A stretch of DNA of 60,977 nt, filler included, from Dimargaris cristalligena (lineage: Eukaryota): NCBI GenBank assembly GCA_003614675.1. It is 4 parts of 4 records of this genome, joined end to end, with 100 filler letters (N's around TTAATTAATTAA, not from the genome) between each part and the next. Parts side by side here need not be neighbours in the genome. Positions count along the whole stretch, not along the records: positions 15,303 to 30,479 come from ML002907.1; positions 30,580 to 45,742 come from ML002908.1; 2 more parts are not named here. One strand, 5' to 3'. The notes below the pieces were generated by a model. It did not search any database, was not told the origin of the DNA, and saw only the letters and a program-made list of their open reading frames with translations. A program made the position numbers and the translations under genes. Of this stretch, positions 24,105 through 35,997 are shown one piece after another. Position 1 is the first letter of the stretch. Every line of letters begins with the position of its first letter.

Positions 24105-24725
24105 TCAGTTTAGGCTGTCGTATGGCCTCTTTCTTGCATACACGTTAGCGGTGACTGGTGTTAAAGTATATTGGAAGTGGTATTTTACGTGGGCCAAATA
24201 CGTATGCCCCGATAGGCTGCCACTCTTTAGTAGGTCGACTGTGAACGAACGGGGAAAATGGGCCAACTCTCTTAGGCACCAGCCAACACACCACCACGAG
24301 TTAAAGTCCCGAAGGTGTAGATGGAGACGCCCAATCTGGGTAAGGCGCAAAAACGTATACCGGGCCTCGTATTCCCTAAATGCCGTTCGAAAACTTTTCT
24401 TAAGATTAAGGGCAAGACGCCGGATACTCGGTCGATAGCGTTTGATAAATTGACCCAGCTTATGATAATGTGTGAATTCATGGTCAATGTTCAAGTCGAG
24501 ACAGTACTGAGGAACTACCAAAAGACGAAGCCATCTTGAAACAGCGCCTAAATTGAGTTGCTCCTGCGTAGTGAGATATTTGGTAATCTGGCGTCCAGCT
24601 TTGTTAAGCTGTCCTGAGCTGTTGGTATTTACTTGGAATATTGCGAATAGGTATTGGTATTCAGGCGTTTCCCTGGGCCAATGAGCGCGGCTACCACTCA
24701 GACGAGAGGATAGCCCAATACCCAT
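24105..24725 (-). CDS. Hypothetical protein with F-box-like motif
   Basis: 206-aa ORF in AT-rich surroundings; ITKYLTTQEQLNLGAVSRWLR resembles the F-box pattern IxxYLxxxDLxxLxxVSxxW. Confidence 0.45.
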   Translation of the reverse strand: MGIGLSSRLSGSRAHWPRETPEYQYLFAIFQVNTNSSGQLNKAGRQITKYLTTQEQLNLGAVSRWLRLLVVPQYCLDLNIDHEFTHYHKLGQFIKRYRPSIRRLALNLKKSFRTAFREYEARYTFLRLTQIGRLHLHLRDFNSWWCVGWCLRELAHFPRSFTVDLLKSGSLSGHTYLAHVKYHFQYTLTPVTANVYARKRPYDSLN

Positions 24726-27205
24726 ATTAGGAGTATGCTAAAAAGGAAACTTAACCAAGTGATTGTAAGAATAGCAATTAGGTCAATAATAACAACAATG
24801 GGACAGTGCTCCAGAGAATGTGCGGGGTATTTCGTAACGGATTCAGGGCGCAGTGGGGGCTCTCTATATACCTGTATTTATACGTATAATTGACCAGGTG
24901 GGAGGGGGGGAAGGTGTATCGAGAATAGTGGATGCTAGACAATTCATGATCGAGCTATAGCGGTCCAGGTGATTTATACAAAGGCATCTGGAATTAAAAG
25001 AAGGCTTCAGTAAAAGAATGAAAATAGGGGCGGCATACCTGGAAGGGGCGGAATCTATAATAGGTACCTCACAATGGTTGGCAGTCCAATGGCTTCCTTG
25101 TCATTAACAATAACCTCAACGCTGTTCCGGAAATTGGTCGATGCAGAGGATGCGTTTAAGCAGTGGCTATCAAATAGCATTGTAGTAACTATTGTCGCAT
25201 ATTTGTTTGGCTATAGTCATTAAAGCCACAAGCAGCCAACGTCTGTGTAAATGGATGAGACCAAGGTGATCTGGCTTGGAATTCACCCATTATAGCACTA
25301 CTCTAAGGCAGTTAAGTCCGCCTTCTCTTTATTGATGAGCCATATGAGGTTGCATCAACTAGCCCATGAGTTCTAATAGTATCATGTTTTTGACTGGATT
25401 ATAGTATAGGATAAGGGGCGTATACAACTACATGCTATTTTGATGCCATTAAATTGTTCACTCAACCAAAACTCATTAAGCCTGGTAATTGGTCGTAGCC
25501 CAGCACTGGCGTTGAGAAATCTACAGGTAAACCAACTAACTATACCTGGGCATCGCACCATTTCCCTTTACCATTACTTGGGCAATCTCTGATGTACTTG
25601 GCAAACATCGAACCGGACAATTGAATACATGCTTATATTGTGCTCTAAAACCAAATTATATAATTTGTATTCACTAAAAGTAGGGCATAGGGGATACAAA
25701 TGGCATATTGGTAGGTCAGTTTCTATAGGGCCCCATGTTATATTTAACCCGGGAGATGCTCTAATAGGAAAAGCTGGCGGTTAAACGTAAGTTCATAGTA
25801 AAAAACGAACAGGGGGTGAAGGGAGGATGGCCAATTAAAATAATTTGAACGTATATATACATGCACAGGCTATTCACGGGTGAGCGTAAGTAGTAGGCCC
25901 GTACTCCCGGGGCTTATGGACCAGTCCCCCTATATTGCACATTTTCGGGGAGGGGCCTTTAACTGTGTCAGTTCAGAATGCGGGGGAGGGGTGATAATAT
26001 AGTTTGAGGCCAAAAGGAATCGTCTAAACTGTGCGCAGTGGCTATCGCTAATTAGACCTAGGCCTGCTTATAAGTAACCTCTGTTAGGTATTGATAAGCT
26101 AAAATGCCATGAAGGGCGCGTTAAGAGATATCCATCTACAAGGAAGGTAATGGGTGTGTCCTAACTAAACTAGATAATAATATTGAGGGTTGGGGATTGA
26201 AGGCTGGGAGGTGGGGCGATAACTCAGCCGGAAAATTTGGAGTAGTATAAGGGGGGGGGGGAAGTAGTAGTATATACCAACCCTCTAAAAGCGGTACGGA
26301 AACTGAGTAACCCAATTAATGGTCATTGCAACCGTTAGATAGAGATGTAATAATGGAGTAAAGTGTAAGCCGCCAATATTAACAGAAAGGGGGGGATTAT
26401 CCCTAAGGCATAGGGGAGGTAGTAGAGGTATTTCCATCGCTGTATTTCCGTCCTCGCAATGACCTAAGCCGATTGCCATCGTAGGAAGGCCGCACGACCC
26501 ATCTATGAAAGGATTTAATCTCGTTCGCGGATAGGGTGAGAGCCAGGTGATAAAGGCGACCATCCTACGATCCACACCCATGTGCAGCCGTTGCTATAAC
26601 ATCGATACAAAAAGACCTTACAGCTCATTAAATCCAAAGACCCAATAATTTTTTTAAAAAATGGGGGTGTCACCTACAACGAGCCACTAGCCAGGGCGCT
26701 CACTGCCGGCTCATCGAAACAATGGGGTGAAGATCGCAAATGCATCAGGTCGGTTTAACCACAAATATAATTATAGAGCGGGAAGGGGTGGGCGAGGAAA
26801 GTGTATGGTTACTGCCCTAAGAGCGAAAATCCTTTTGGCAATCCTTCGGGCATAAAGAACATGGGTGGATCCCTATCCCTGTGGCCTGTTGTCCCTCCCC
26901 CTCCTGGGCGCGGAAAAGGCTAGGGTTGGAGACGATGGTAAACGGCGGGGAAAGCGCCTATTCAATAGTGGCGGCGAATAAATACATTGGCCTTGGCCAA
27001 CTACCGAATTACACCCACACATATATATATATAGTCTCGATGAGACCCTTCTTCCATCATTAATCCCAACGCACTGCATCTCCTACATTTGCTTATCATC
27101 GACCTTTTATATTTTCGGCATCCCTCTTCAACAGACCTTATCTGCTCGGTCCTAAATTTTGCCTATACGTCTTCCCACTGATCACCTGTCTACATACCCC
27201 ACGCC

Positions 27206-27403
27206 ATGGTTAAACTCATCCAACTCCTCATCGCCGTTGCTTTGGCCGGACCAATGCTAGTTTTGGCGTCGCCGGTGCCTCAACCTAACCCTTTATTGAG
27301 AACACTAACCAATCGAGTTAAAAATATGAGTTTTTTGAAAAAACCGATGAATAAAGTCAACACGTTCTTTGGTACTGGTGGAACCCAGGGTCGCAAATTG
27401 TAG
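27206..27403 (+). CDS. Small secreted cationic peptide precursor (65 aa)
   Basis: GCCATGG start context, hydrophobic signal peptide, SP-VP-QP-NP dipeptide stretch, then a basic tail with no acidic residues; upstream (AT)n/TATA near 27020. Confidence 0.75.
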   Translation: MVKLIQLLIAVALAGPMLVLASPVPQPNPLLRTLTNRVKNMSFLKKPMNKVNTFFGTGGTQGRKL

Positions 27404-27797
27404 ACATTGGACGACCTGTCCATCGTCCGGCTCATCCAATATCTCGGTCTATCCACTACGTATTCTTCCTTCTCACTCACTTTCTTTCCACGGCAATCGA
27501 CAGCAATGTGGAGGGCTGCCTTTATCCTATCCCCACTATCCCTGTTCAATAGAGTCCGGGGGTATTACTTTATTTCACCCTTTCCACCTTCCAACAACCA
27601 ATTCAAATTTCCTCATCAATAAAATAGTTTTCTGTCTTTATATCAGTAATATCCAAATGTTCACTTGAAGGATATATCCATTGTATATGTAAGATGGTTA
27701 GTATCCGACCTTTCCGTTTGATGTGGTTGTGATTCTTTACCATTGATTTTGAGTTAGAAAGTAAATCATATCTGATGGAAATACTCAAGGTGTATTT

Positions 27798-27934
27798 GTG
27801 TGAAAATTAGCCCGGCTGTATAGGATTATAAATGATATGTGTATAAAAAAACTTGCTATGGATTCATTTTTAGCCAGTGATATTTATTCCATCCAATGAA
27901 TTTTTCATTAAAACAGCCTGGTTGAAACTCTCCT
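27798..27934 (+). mobile_element. Degenerate copy of the 136-bp MITE family
   Basis: Ends GTGTGAAAATTAGCCCGGCTGTATA and AAAACAGCCTGGTTGAAACTCTCCT, with internal similarity to the 17169 copy. Confidence 0.7.
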
Positions 27935-28304
27935 ATACCCATAACATTGTGCAAATGTGATGTAAGTAGTCAGAGGTTGACAGGTGGCCCCTCTGTGGTT
28001 AAAATGAAAGGATGTGGCTAAATTATTATACTACTAAAATTAGACAGAAAAAGGAAATACTATAATCTACAATATAACCTATTTTCATCACTCCCTTTTA
28101 TTATAAGTAGTAACAACAAAACCATACTATTTATTTGACGAAAAGAGATGGTCATTCAAAGGGTTTATAAAATATTATGCATTTTCTTTAGCACCGGGAA
28201 CATTGTTTAGGGTGATATTAATTTCACACTATAATGAACCTAATCACAATATGCTTAGGGCGACTGTGATTAAGGGCTCTTCATATATAGGATATATACC
28301 ATAT

Positions 28305-28440
28305 AGATGAAATTCAAACCAGCTATATAAGGTTTTACATAATACATGCACAGGAGAATATGTGAGTGAGTAGCTTTTAACCAGTAATATTGACCCCATC
28401 TAATGGATTTTTCGTTATACAGCCTGGATGAACTTTACCC
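28305..28440 (+). mobile_element. 136-bp MITE, subfamily B
   Basis: ATAT|AGATGAAATTCAAACCAGCTATATAA ... TTATACAGCCTGGATGAACTTTACCC|ATAT. Confidence 0.88.
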
Positions 28441-29368
28441 ATATTATCACTATAAATTATGGTTAACATTAAAAAAAAAACAGGAAACTTCAAGTTTAGT
28501 TTAGTTTAGTTTGATCCAAATTGCCTCTTTCATAGCCTTAGATAGAGAAATATACTCTGGCAGAGCAATGGATGTAGTGGCCAGTTATTTTTTCTCGGGT
28601 ACCTGGGATACAAGACAAGGTCCCCCAGCCAGCAGAAATAGGCAACCACTGATTGATTTTCAGGTAATTATGTCATTGGCAAGATTTCGTTCACTGATAC
28701 TGGTTAGCCCCTAATTTTTGCCCTTGAAAGGAATTCGGTGACTTTAGGTGTGCCTGGGAAGGTGGTATAGAGTTCATTTGGTAGTAAACCAGATGAGTAG
28801 TGGTAAGCTTGGTACATTTACATAAGTATGGCAGATATTTGGCTTATCTACCTCGATACAATATCATCGAGAGGAATAACTGTTATAATAGTAAAATACG
28901 CCCCATAGTACCATCTCCTGTATTTGTCAGCATTACAAACCAGGACTTCTTGAGGTTGGTATATTTCCTTGACACCAAAGGCGACTGGCAGGGCAGGTTT
29001 CGACAAGGGTATATCCACGGTTAGTATTCCTTATTTAGTAAGTGTATACTTGGGATAACCCGCATAATCAATATTCTAGCCAGCATGTTTGTGAGCCTCT
29101 CGGCCACTTGCTGTGCACCAACAGCCCGTCTCGAGATAACTGCCCACCCTTTATTTTTCCGCAACTGCAACTACACCCCCACTCTTGTACCAGAAATACA
29201 GTTTAAGACAGCCTTGTTGGCACTCTCTTTAATGCATAGGCACTTTGGTCATCTGGTAGTAGAAATCGATTCTACTGGTTAAAAAACTTTATACAGCCTA
29301 TTGGTCACTTATATTTTAATCAAAATCGTATACCGTTGTATTGAATTATATACATTTGGATTTACTCT

Positions 29369-29635
29369 CCGATTGTGTAGAGTAAGGCCGCCCAGCTGGA
29401 GTGGAGTAAAGAGCTTGGGCAGATTATCACCGTCCTTGCCCGCAATGGCAAAGCCCTGGTCAATGGCGCTCTGGGTAGGCTTAATGGCAGTTCCCGAGGG
29501 AGGGTTTTGAAGTTGGACGTAGGCACGAGGGTTAGCGGTCGCAGCTTGAATGTTATGGCTATGAGGTGCTGGGGCACCGACGCCAACCTGAGAATTCGCA
29601 GTCGACTCGGAAGGGTAAGTAAGAGACATGGTCAT
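29369..29635 (-). pseudogene. 5' fragment of an NADH:flavin oxidoreductase (old yellow enzyme family)
   Basis: YVQLQNPPSGTA...LPKLFTPLQLGGLTLHNR matches the fungal OYE/YqjM-type N-terminus. Similarity and GC content drop abruptly after HNR, and no downstream OYE exon was recognised. Confidence 0.7.
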
Positions 29636-30479
29636 AGACAATAGAAGTTCGAAAAGATAGAAAGAGAGAGAGATCTGGTTTTGGGGCGGAGTGGTCGATA
29701 CTAAAGAATGGTGGTGGGAGAGAGGGTGGGGTGGCACTAAGCAAAGTTTTTAAATGATTGTCAAGTGGTGAACAGGTCAGAAAGAAAGAAGGCGGAAATT
29801 CTAGGAAAGGGGAATCGAAAGACTGCGCAGAGTTCGGTAAAGGCTGAGTAGGTTGGTTCCAAGAGTTGTGACAAAAGGGGGTAACTATTGAGGTTTTTAT
29901 AGCAAGCCAAAACAATATATATGCCGATGTAGCCATTGCGCCATTTTCACCTAAGATATTCGTGATCGCCACAGCTGGCGGGCCTTTCAATGTGAGATTA
30001 ACTATAGCTGATGTAATATTTTAATATGCCGTGGATTACTAATTGAGGTCTTCCTTGCCTAACTGGGTTTGTCAGCATAGTCCACTATCTATTAATTCAT
30101 AAAGGTGTATGCCCTAGCGCATTGGCCGTTTCATTGTGCCAGAACGCCTCTTGATTGCACCATAATTACCATAGTCTCAAATTAAATAAAGTTTTGTTAT
30201 TTCTAAAGGGAGAAGTTCGGCGGATAGGGAACCTGAATTTGTCAGCCATATAAAAATAAACAAGTTAGATCCAGTCGACAAGGGTTGATGAAGTTCGTCT
30301 CGACCCATAATATGCGAGCCTGCTCCCATCATCAAGGCATAGTCCATGGTGTCGCCCCTCCTAATCCGTCCTAATCCAACCGATATGACCGCCGTCATAT
30401 CAGGCCGTATAGCACCATAGTGTACCCCCCGGCCCTAACCAGGCCGAACATCATTGATAGCCCCTTGACCGGCCAGGCC

Positions 30480-30579
30480 NNNNNNNNNNNNNNNNNNNNN
30501 NNNNNNNNNNNNNNNNNNNNNNNTTAATTAATTAANNNNNNNNNNNNNNNNNNNNNNNNNNNNNNNNNNNNNNNNNNNN
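30480..30579. other. Artificial contig spacer
   Basis: 44 N + TTAATTAATTAA + 44 N. Confidence 0.97.
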
Positions 30580-30648
30580 TAAACATCCCACCAATTTTCC
30601 CATACACATATCGGTTAAACCCTTATACAACCAAGCTGAACTTCACCC
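30580..30648 (-). mobile_element. MITE subfamily A, truncated by contig edge
   Basis: Reverse complement of the left half of the 17169 copy, ending CTTCACCC|ATAT. Confidence 0.85.
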
Positions 30649-30799
30649 ATATCTATGCCACATACATACATACCCTTTCGCTTAAGTTATTGTGATACTG
30701 TCTATACCTGCTACCAGAGGTAGGCGCACCATTAACCATCCCAATTGTACAGTTCAGCCCATCCCTCTCCCTTCGCCTGCGGAGGGCCGGTAATGCCTA

Positions 30800-32117
30800 T
30801 CAAACGGGTGGAACTAGCGGAGCTGCTTGGGGGAGGGCTGGACTTGGGGGTGCCTTGTCTCCCAATACCGCCTCCTTGGCCTTACTCGCCAGCCCGCTGA
30901 AGGGATTTTCCCAAATCGACCGCCCGTAAATATCATTATGCCAATAAACGCTGTTGGGGTTGTACTTGGTGTTCACATTCCCTAAATTCGTTTCAAACTC
31001 AGCATTCTTAATCTCGTAAGTGACGTCGTCCGAGTCAATGAAGAACTCGTCATTTTCGTGGAGGTAGCCCATACGCCGCAGCGGTATGCGGGAGAAGATG
31101 TCATTCTTGTTGGTGACCCGCTGATGGACCAATCCCAACCCGATAATATACGCTGCAAAGTTTTTGTTGCCCAACCGGGGTCGGCCGAAGGTGGTTAATA
31201 CCATGCGATCCTTGAGGCCAGCCGCCGGGATTTCCAATAAGCGGGTGGCTAGCATCGTGGCGTGGACTCCGCCGAGGGATTGCCCAATCACCCACAGCTG
31301 GTGGTCGGGGTACTTATCCAGGTACCCGCGGGTCCGCTGGATGAGGGTGTCCGCCAATGTATTGAATGAAGTTTTGAATCCATGGTGCACCTGGATGTTG
31401 GAATCGGTGCCCCAGGGGTCCAATTTGGGCTGGAAGTTATGGAAATACGCCTGAACCTGGTCGGCACCTCGAAACGCTACGATGAGTTTTTTGCCAGTGG
31501 CATATCGAGCGAAATACCCGCCGATGAAGGGGAATTCGTTGATAAAGGGTTTATCCAGGAGTTCGCTTACCGGTTTGTTAAACTGGCCCGTAAATATAGT
31601 AGGGTTGGGATCCTTGATATCAAAGTACGAATCGAAAGCGTAGCTATTTGGCCGGCAATTAGGGTATTGGGATAATTGGCAATGATAATAATTGACGGTA
31701 AGTAAACAGCATGGTTCTCGTACAGCCGAATTTCTCCAGAATATTGGCGGAGGTAACTTCGTGAACCTAGGCGTAATGCCACCGAATAAAAAAGGCGGGG
31801 ATAAATAAGTTACCGCCCCTACCAGAAATGCCACATAATACTTACTCTAGCTTGAGCTTCAGCTCTGCGACCGTCGCGTCGTCGACTTTGACCCTGACTG
31901 CGCCGGCCTGAGTAGGTGCGGGGGCGTCACTTTCCACATCCGTAAACATGGCCTCGCCTATACCTTTTAACATATCATTGACATTTTGCTTGAGATTTTT
32001 AACCATGGTCCCCAGAGATGAGGTGGTATCAAAGTTGGCTGGCTCCGGGACTTGGGCATGGGCCACCAAGGCCGTACCGAGTATGGACAGATGAGCGGCT
32101 ATCAAGAATACGCGCAT
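30800..32117 (-). CDS. Secreted class 3 lipase (exon 1 32117-31846; internal exon structure uncertain)
   Basis: Signal peptide; motifs LIVAFRG, VHHGF, IGQSLGG (nucleophile elbow), TFGRPRLGN, RVTNKNDIFSRIP, GYLH and C-terminal WHxxIYG; GTAAGT donor at 31845. Confidence 0.9.
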
Positions 32118-34749
32118 GTGGTGTTACTATTCGCTTAATGCAGTCGCCTTTAACAACTATAGGGCGAATTCAAATCGAGGGATGCAAAATATATTATTAA
32201 AAGTGTGGTATAATAGTAGATGTCGATTAGTGCCGGAATAAGGTTTTAGTGGGCTGCTTGGTGGCTCTTTGGTATCGAATGCGTAAAATTGAATAACAGT
32301 CGGGAGGCCTACCTAATCTATATCCACGCTGCCTAGACAGGTCGGTTAATGGTTATTCCTAAATACAAGGCCTGGTCGGTTTACCAGTCGCTTAAGGATA
32401 GAATGGGGGGAGTTTTAAATATACAGAGATATATATACTCGCGGAGTTTTCAAACGGCAATTGGGCACACGGAGACAGAACCAAACCAATAGCCGGGATT
32501 GTTTCCAGAAAATTACGGCGGTGGCTAAAATTGGGGGAAGAAAATTGTTTAGGAAGGGAGAAGATGCGTTTCTACGTATGCGGCTGAAATTTGAACACGA
32601 AGATTTATCGGCTTAAAGTATAGCCCAACAACAAAATAAAAGTAAGGAAAATCGAATGAATATGAGGACTAGGCCCGGAAGAGGGGGCCGAGGCCGTCAA
32701 TTTAAGGGAAACTCAAGAGAATGTAAGAGGGACAGAGAGGGAGAGAGGGGGGGAGGTAACCCCCGTCACAACTGGCCGAATATGTTGGACCATGGACGGT
32801 CCTGCAAGGGGGAGGTGATAGGCTGCTAATTTGGGCAGGATGCCTGTGAGTCGGTGGACTCGAGAACAAAGGAAGCCCGCGTTGTTGAGCTATTATTTCG
32901 GCCATTTGTCTCGGGCCGTATTTACTCTTGCAAGGCAACAAGAGGAGGGAGGAGGTACCTAACTAGTGGAAGAAGACGGGAGGGGAGTGAGTGGGAGCTT
33001 CGGTTTTTTCTTGGTCGTTTAATTTCCATTCGTCGGTGAATCTTCGTTATAGGATCGCTCGTTCACCGTTGTCCTAAATAGTCCTATGAGCGGCTTGGAC
33101 CTCCTTCCTTTATCTACCCCTTCCTTAGTTCGTAATGATCGGGTCACCGCCGCGAATGGCCAATAACGGGTCTCGTACTAGCCGTTCCATCCCCTTCCCC
33201 TTTCCGCCCTGGTCACCTACCCCCCTTTTTTTTCATTAAACGGCTGACTAAAATATTACATGAAAAGACAGCAGGTATAGTTTCGCTCTAGGCCAGGTCG
33301 CTTAAATTAACTTCCGGCTGCAATACAAATGCGGTAGGCGACAATATAATACCGCAGTGAAAGGAAATAGCCGTACATGCGAAAGTATGGGTATTCTATG
33401 CAGCCCATTCTTACCCCGATGTCGGTATTATTCGAAGGCGCTATCGTAGGCTGACTGAACCGTGTCCAACTTGATACATTTTGGGCCTGGCACTAAAAAT
33501 AGACCTGCTTCCAGATGGTAGTAGTGCAGATTAATTAAGCGGGCGCCGTCAAGTACTACCTCACTATATGATATCTAATCTGGTCAGGTTCGTAACTAAA
33601 CGATTGTTGTACCAACGACTGCTATACAGAAGTCATCTAATCCTATTCAATAGGACACGATATTACTCGGCTGGGCAGCTTAAAAATAAGTACACTATCC
33701 TACTATTACGCATAAGGTATGTTTATGTCTCCTGCGCCGAGGCAGCCCTTCGGCGGGCACTCCGGTGGTTGCGGCGCTTATTGAATAATCCCCAACTACC
33801 CAAATGCATTCACTTTATCTTATCTGGGACATGGTTAAGCATAGATACCATGCAATTTTGTGGGCATGAACACGGGTTGTATTCATCCACATTCGGCCCT
33901 ATGTGCCCTAACCTCTTCGCAATGCACTTGACTCAGGTGAATAATTGGTCGAAAAATGAAAGGCGGATTAGTATGTTTCCGGGTTTTTATTTGTGGCCAT
34001 TGCCATCTAGACCGGCTCATCCATTTCCCCCTGTTCATATTGTAGACATTGATTGTAGTATGGCAAATAGGACAGTCTAATATTGCAATCATGGATAACT
34101 ATAGCAGCGGGTTGTTGAGCGACCGTCAATTCGAAAAAAAATATTAACAGGGAGGGGAGGTATAGATAAAACAGTGCCCCTTGGTAATAATTTATTCACG
34201 TCTCAACTAAACCCTCCATCTATTTGTTCAGACCGGTTGGTTAACGCCTCACTGGTCAAGGAATTGAAATAGGCAAGCTGTAAAGTATTTCCATCGTTTT
34301 ACAAAATGTAGACCAGGCCAGCAAATTGGAAATAACCGTAACTTAAAATTTCAATATTACACTATGAAGTACTGGCTGAGGAAGGAGCAATGCATATTTC
34401 ATTCTGCTGTGAAGACATATTAAACCAGCAGAACAGTTTTTCACAGGTGGGGGAGGTAAGACTCTGTCCATAACCAGACCTTTCTCCCAAGACGCTAACT
34501 TGGTACACTGTATGTAATATCATGTATTTAATGCAGTGGGGTTAAATTGCTATTCCACCCACACATAGTATTTAATTATAAATATAGAGATATATGGTCA
34601 GGATAATCTCGCGAATGATAGCCACAGATAATGTATGCTATACTTTGGTATACCGCACGAGAGGTTTCCACCAGTAAATTTGATTATAAATAAATTAGGG
34701 GTTGGCAACCCATGTCAGTAAATATCTTCACCGCCTACTTGAACTGTTC

Positions 34750-35997
34750 CTACGCCAAGAGAGTGTCATCTAAATTGATTTCGAAACCGCGTTCGTACGA
34801 GAAGCGTACAAACCGGGTATCGTAGAACTGCGTGATGCAATATAAGGCGGTAGGGGGTTCCTGAGGTGGACTAGAGGGCCACATTTGACCCAAATAACCA
34901 ACCAGCTTCGTAAGGCCCAAAGAGTGGGCGCAACTCCGCAGATAGCTGCGTTCGTGTCTATTGAAGGGGTCTTGGGTCCGCAAATTCCAGTCGTATTCCT
35001 TGGTGACCTGCTCGAACTTCCCCTGGCCCATTTTCTCCACAGTCAACATGAAGGCCAGATTGGAGGCCTGCACAGAGTAGGACGCCGGGGCAGGTAGTGT
35101 ACGGAGTAGAAGACTCAAGTCATTGAAGCGACTGGCATCCACCAGGGCCACAATGCGCGCGGGTATAATGAGATGTTTCAAGATAATCTCAAAGCCGGGT
35201 AGATAAGGAAACCGGAAGTCCGTCCACAAAGTAAGGTGGTTGTATAGTCGGGGGAGAGTATGTACCATGGCTTGTTCGAGGTCTACGGTGAGGGCCCCCG
35301 AGAACACCTTTTCCAGATGCGGAATGTCTTTAATACCCGCTGGGAACACCCGGATCTTCTGTTCGGTGGACAGGGACTGGTAAACCCGGAACTTCCTCTG
35401 TTCCGCCAAACGGGTTAATTCGGCACCGATGCGGCCGTGTAGGGACAGTTTAAGCCCGGGGTCGAAACGGGGTGACCAATGTAAAGCTTCGGGATTATCG
35501 GCTTGGTAATTGGCCATTTCTACCTCGTCTTGGAAGTTGTGCGCCATAGTGAAGCTCACTTCGGCTGGAAATGAGTTGACAATGGATTGGGCATCCTCCT
35601 GCCACTGAGTTGCTGTGTCCTATATAATGCCAGATGATAGTCCCCATGGGCAAATCCGACAGTATGTATAATCAAATAGTAATAATAATGTACAAATTAC
35701 TTATATTCTGAGGTTAGTATTACCGGTGGGTTTGTCCTAACTGACCAATATTCCAACTATAGACGCATTGTTCGAGCATGGCCTATCTGTCCCCTCCCTT
35801 ACCTGCCAACTGCTTAAACGTACGTATGGTATACTAATAATACATTCCTAACTTACCAAGCCAGTGTGAATTCCCCTGGTCAACTTCGAACTATATGTTT
35901 GTGGCAGATCCGGTAGAGCGGTGGGATTGAAGGCGGCCAAAACTTGACTAATGCACCATATTCCAACCGCTGACCCGACAATATATTGGGGAACCAT
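34750..35997 (-). CDS. Hypothetical secreted protein, multi-exon (exon 1 35997-35857, last exon ~35620-34750)
   Basis: Signal-like MVPQYIVGSAVGIWCISQVLA followed by a GTAAGT donor; 269-aa ORF whose frame stays open up to a TAG acceptor near 35621. Confidence 0.65.

Noticed and set aside
25248-25290. Short fragment resembling the MITE interior and TIR
   Set aside because: Too short and degenerate to call confidently
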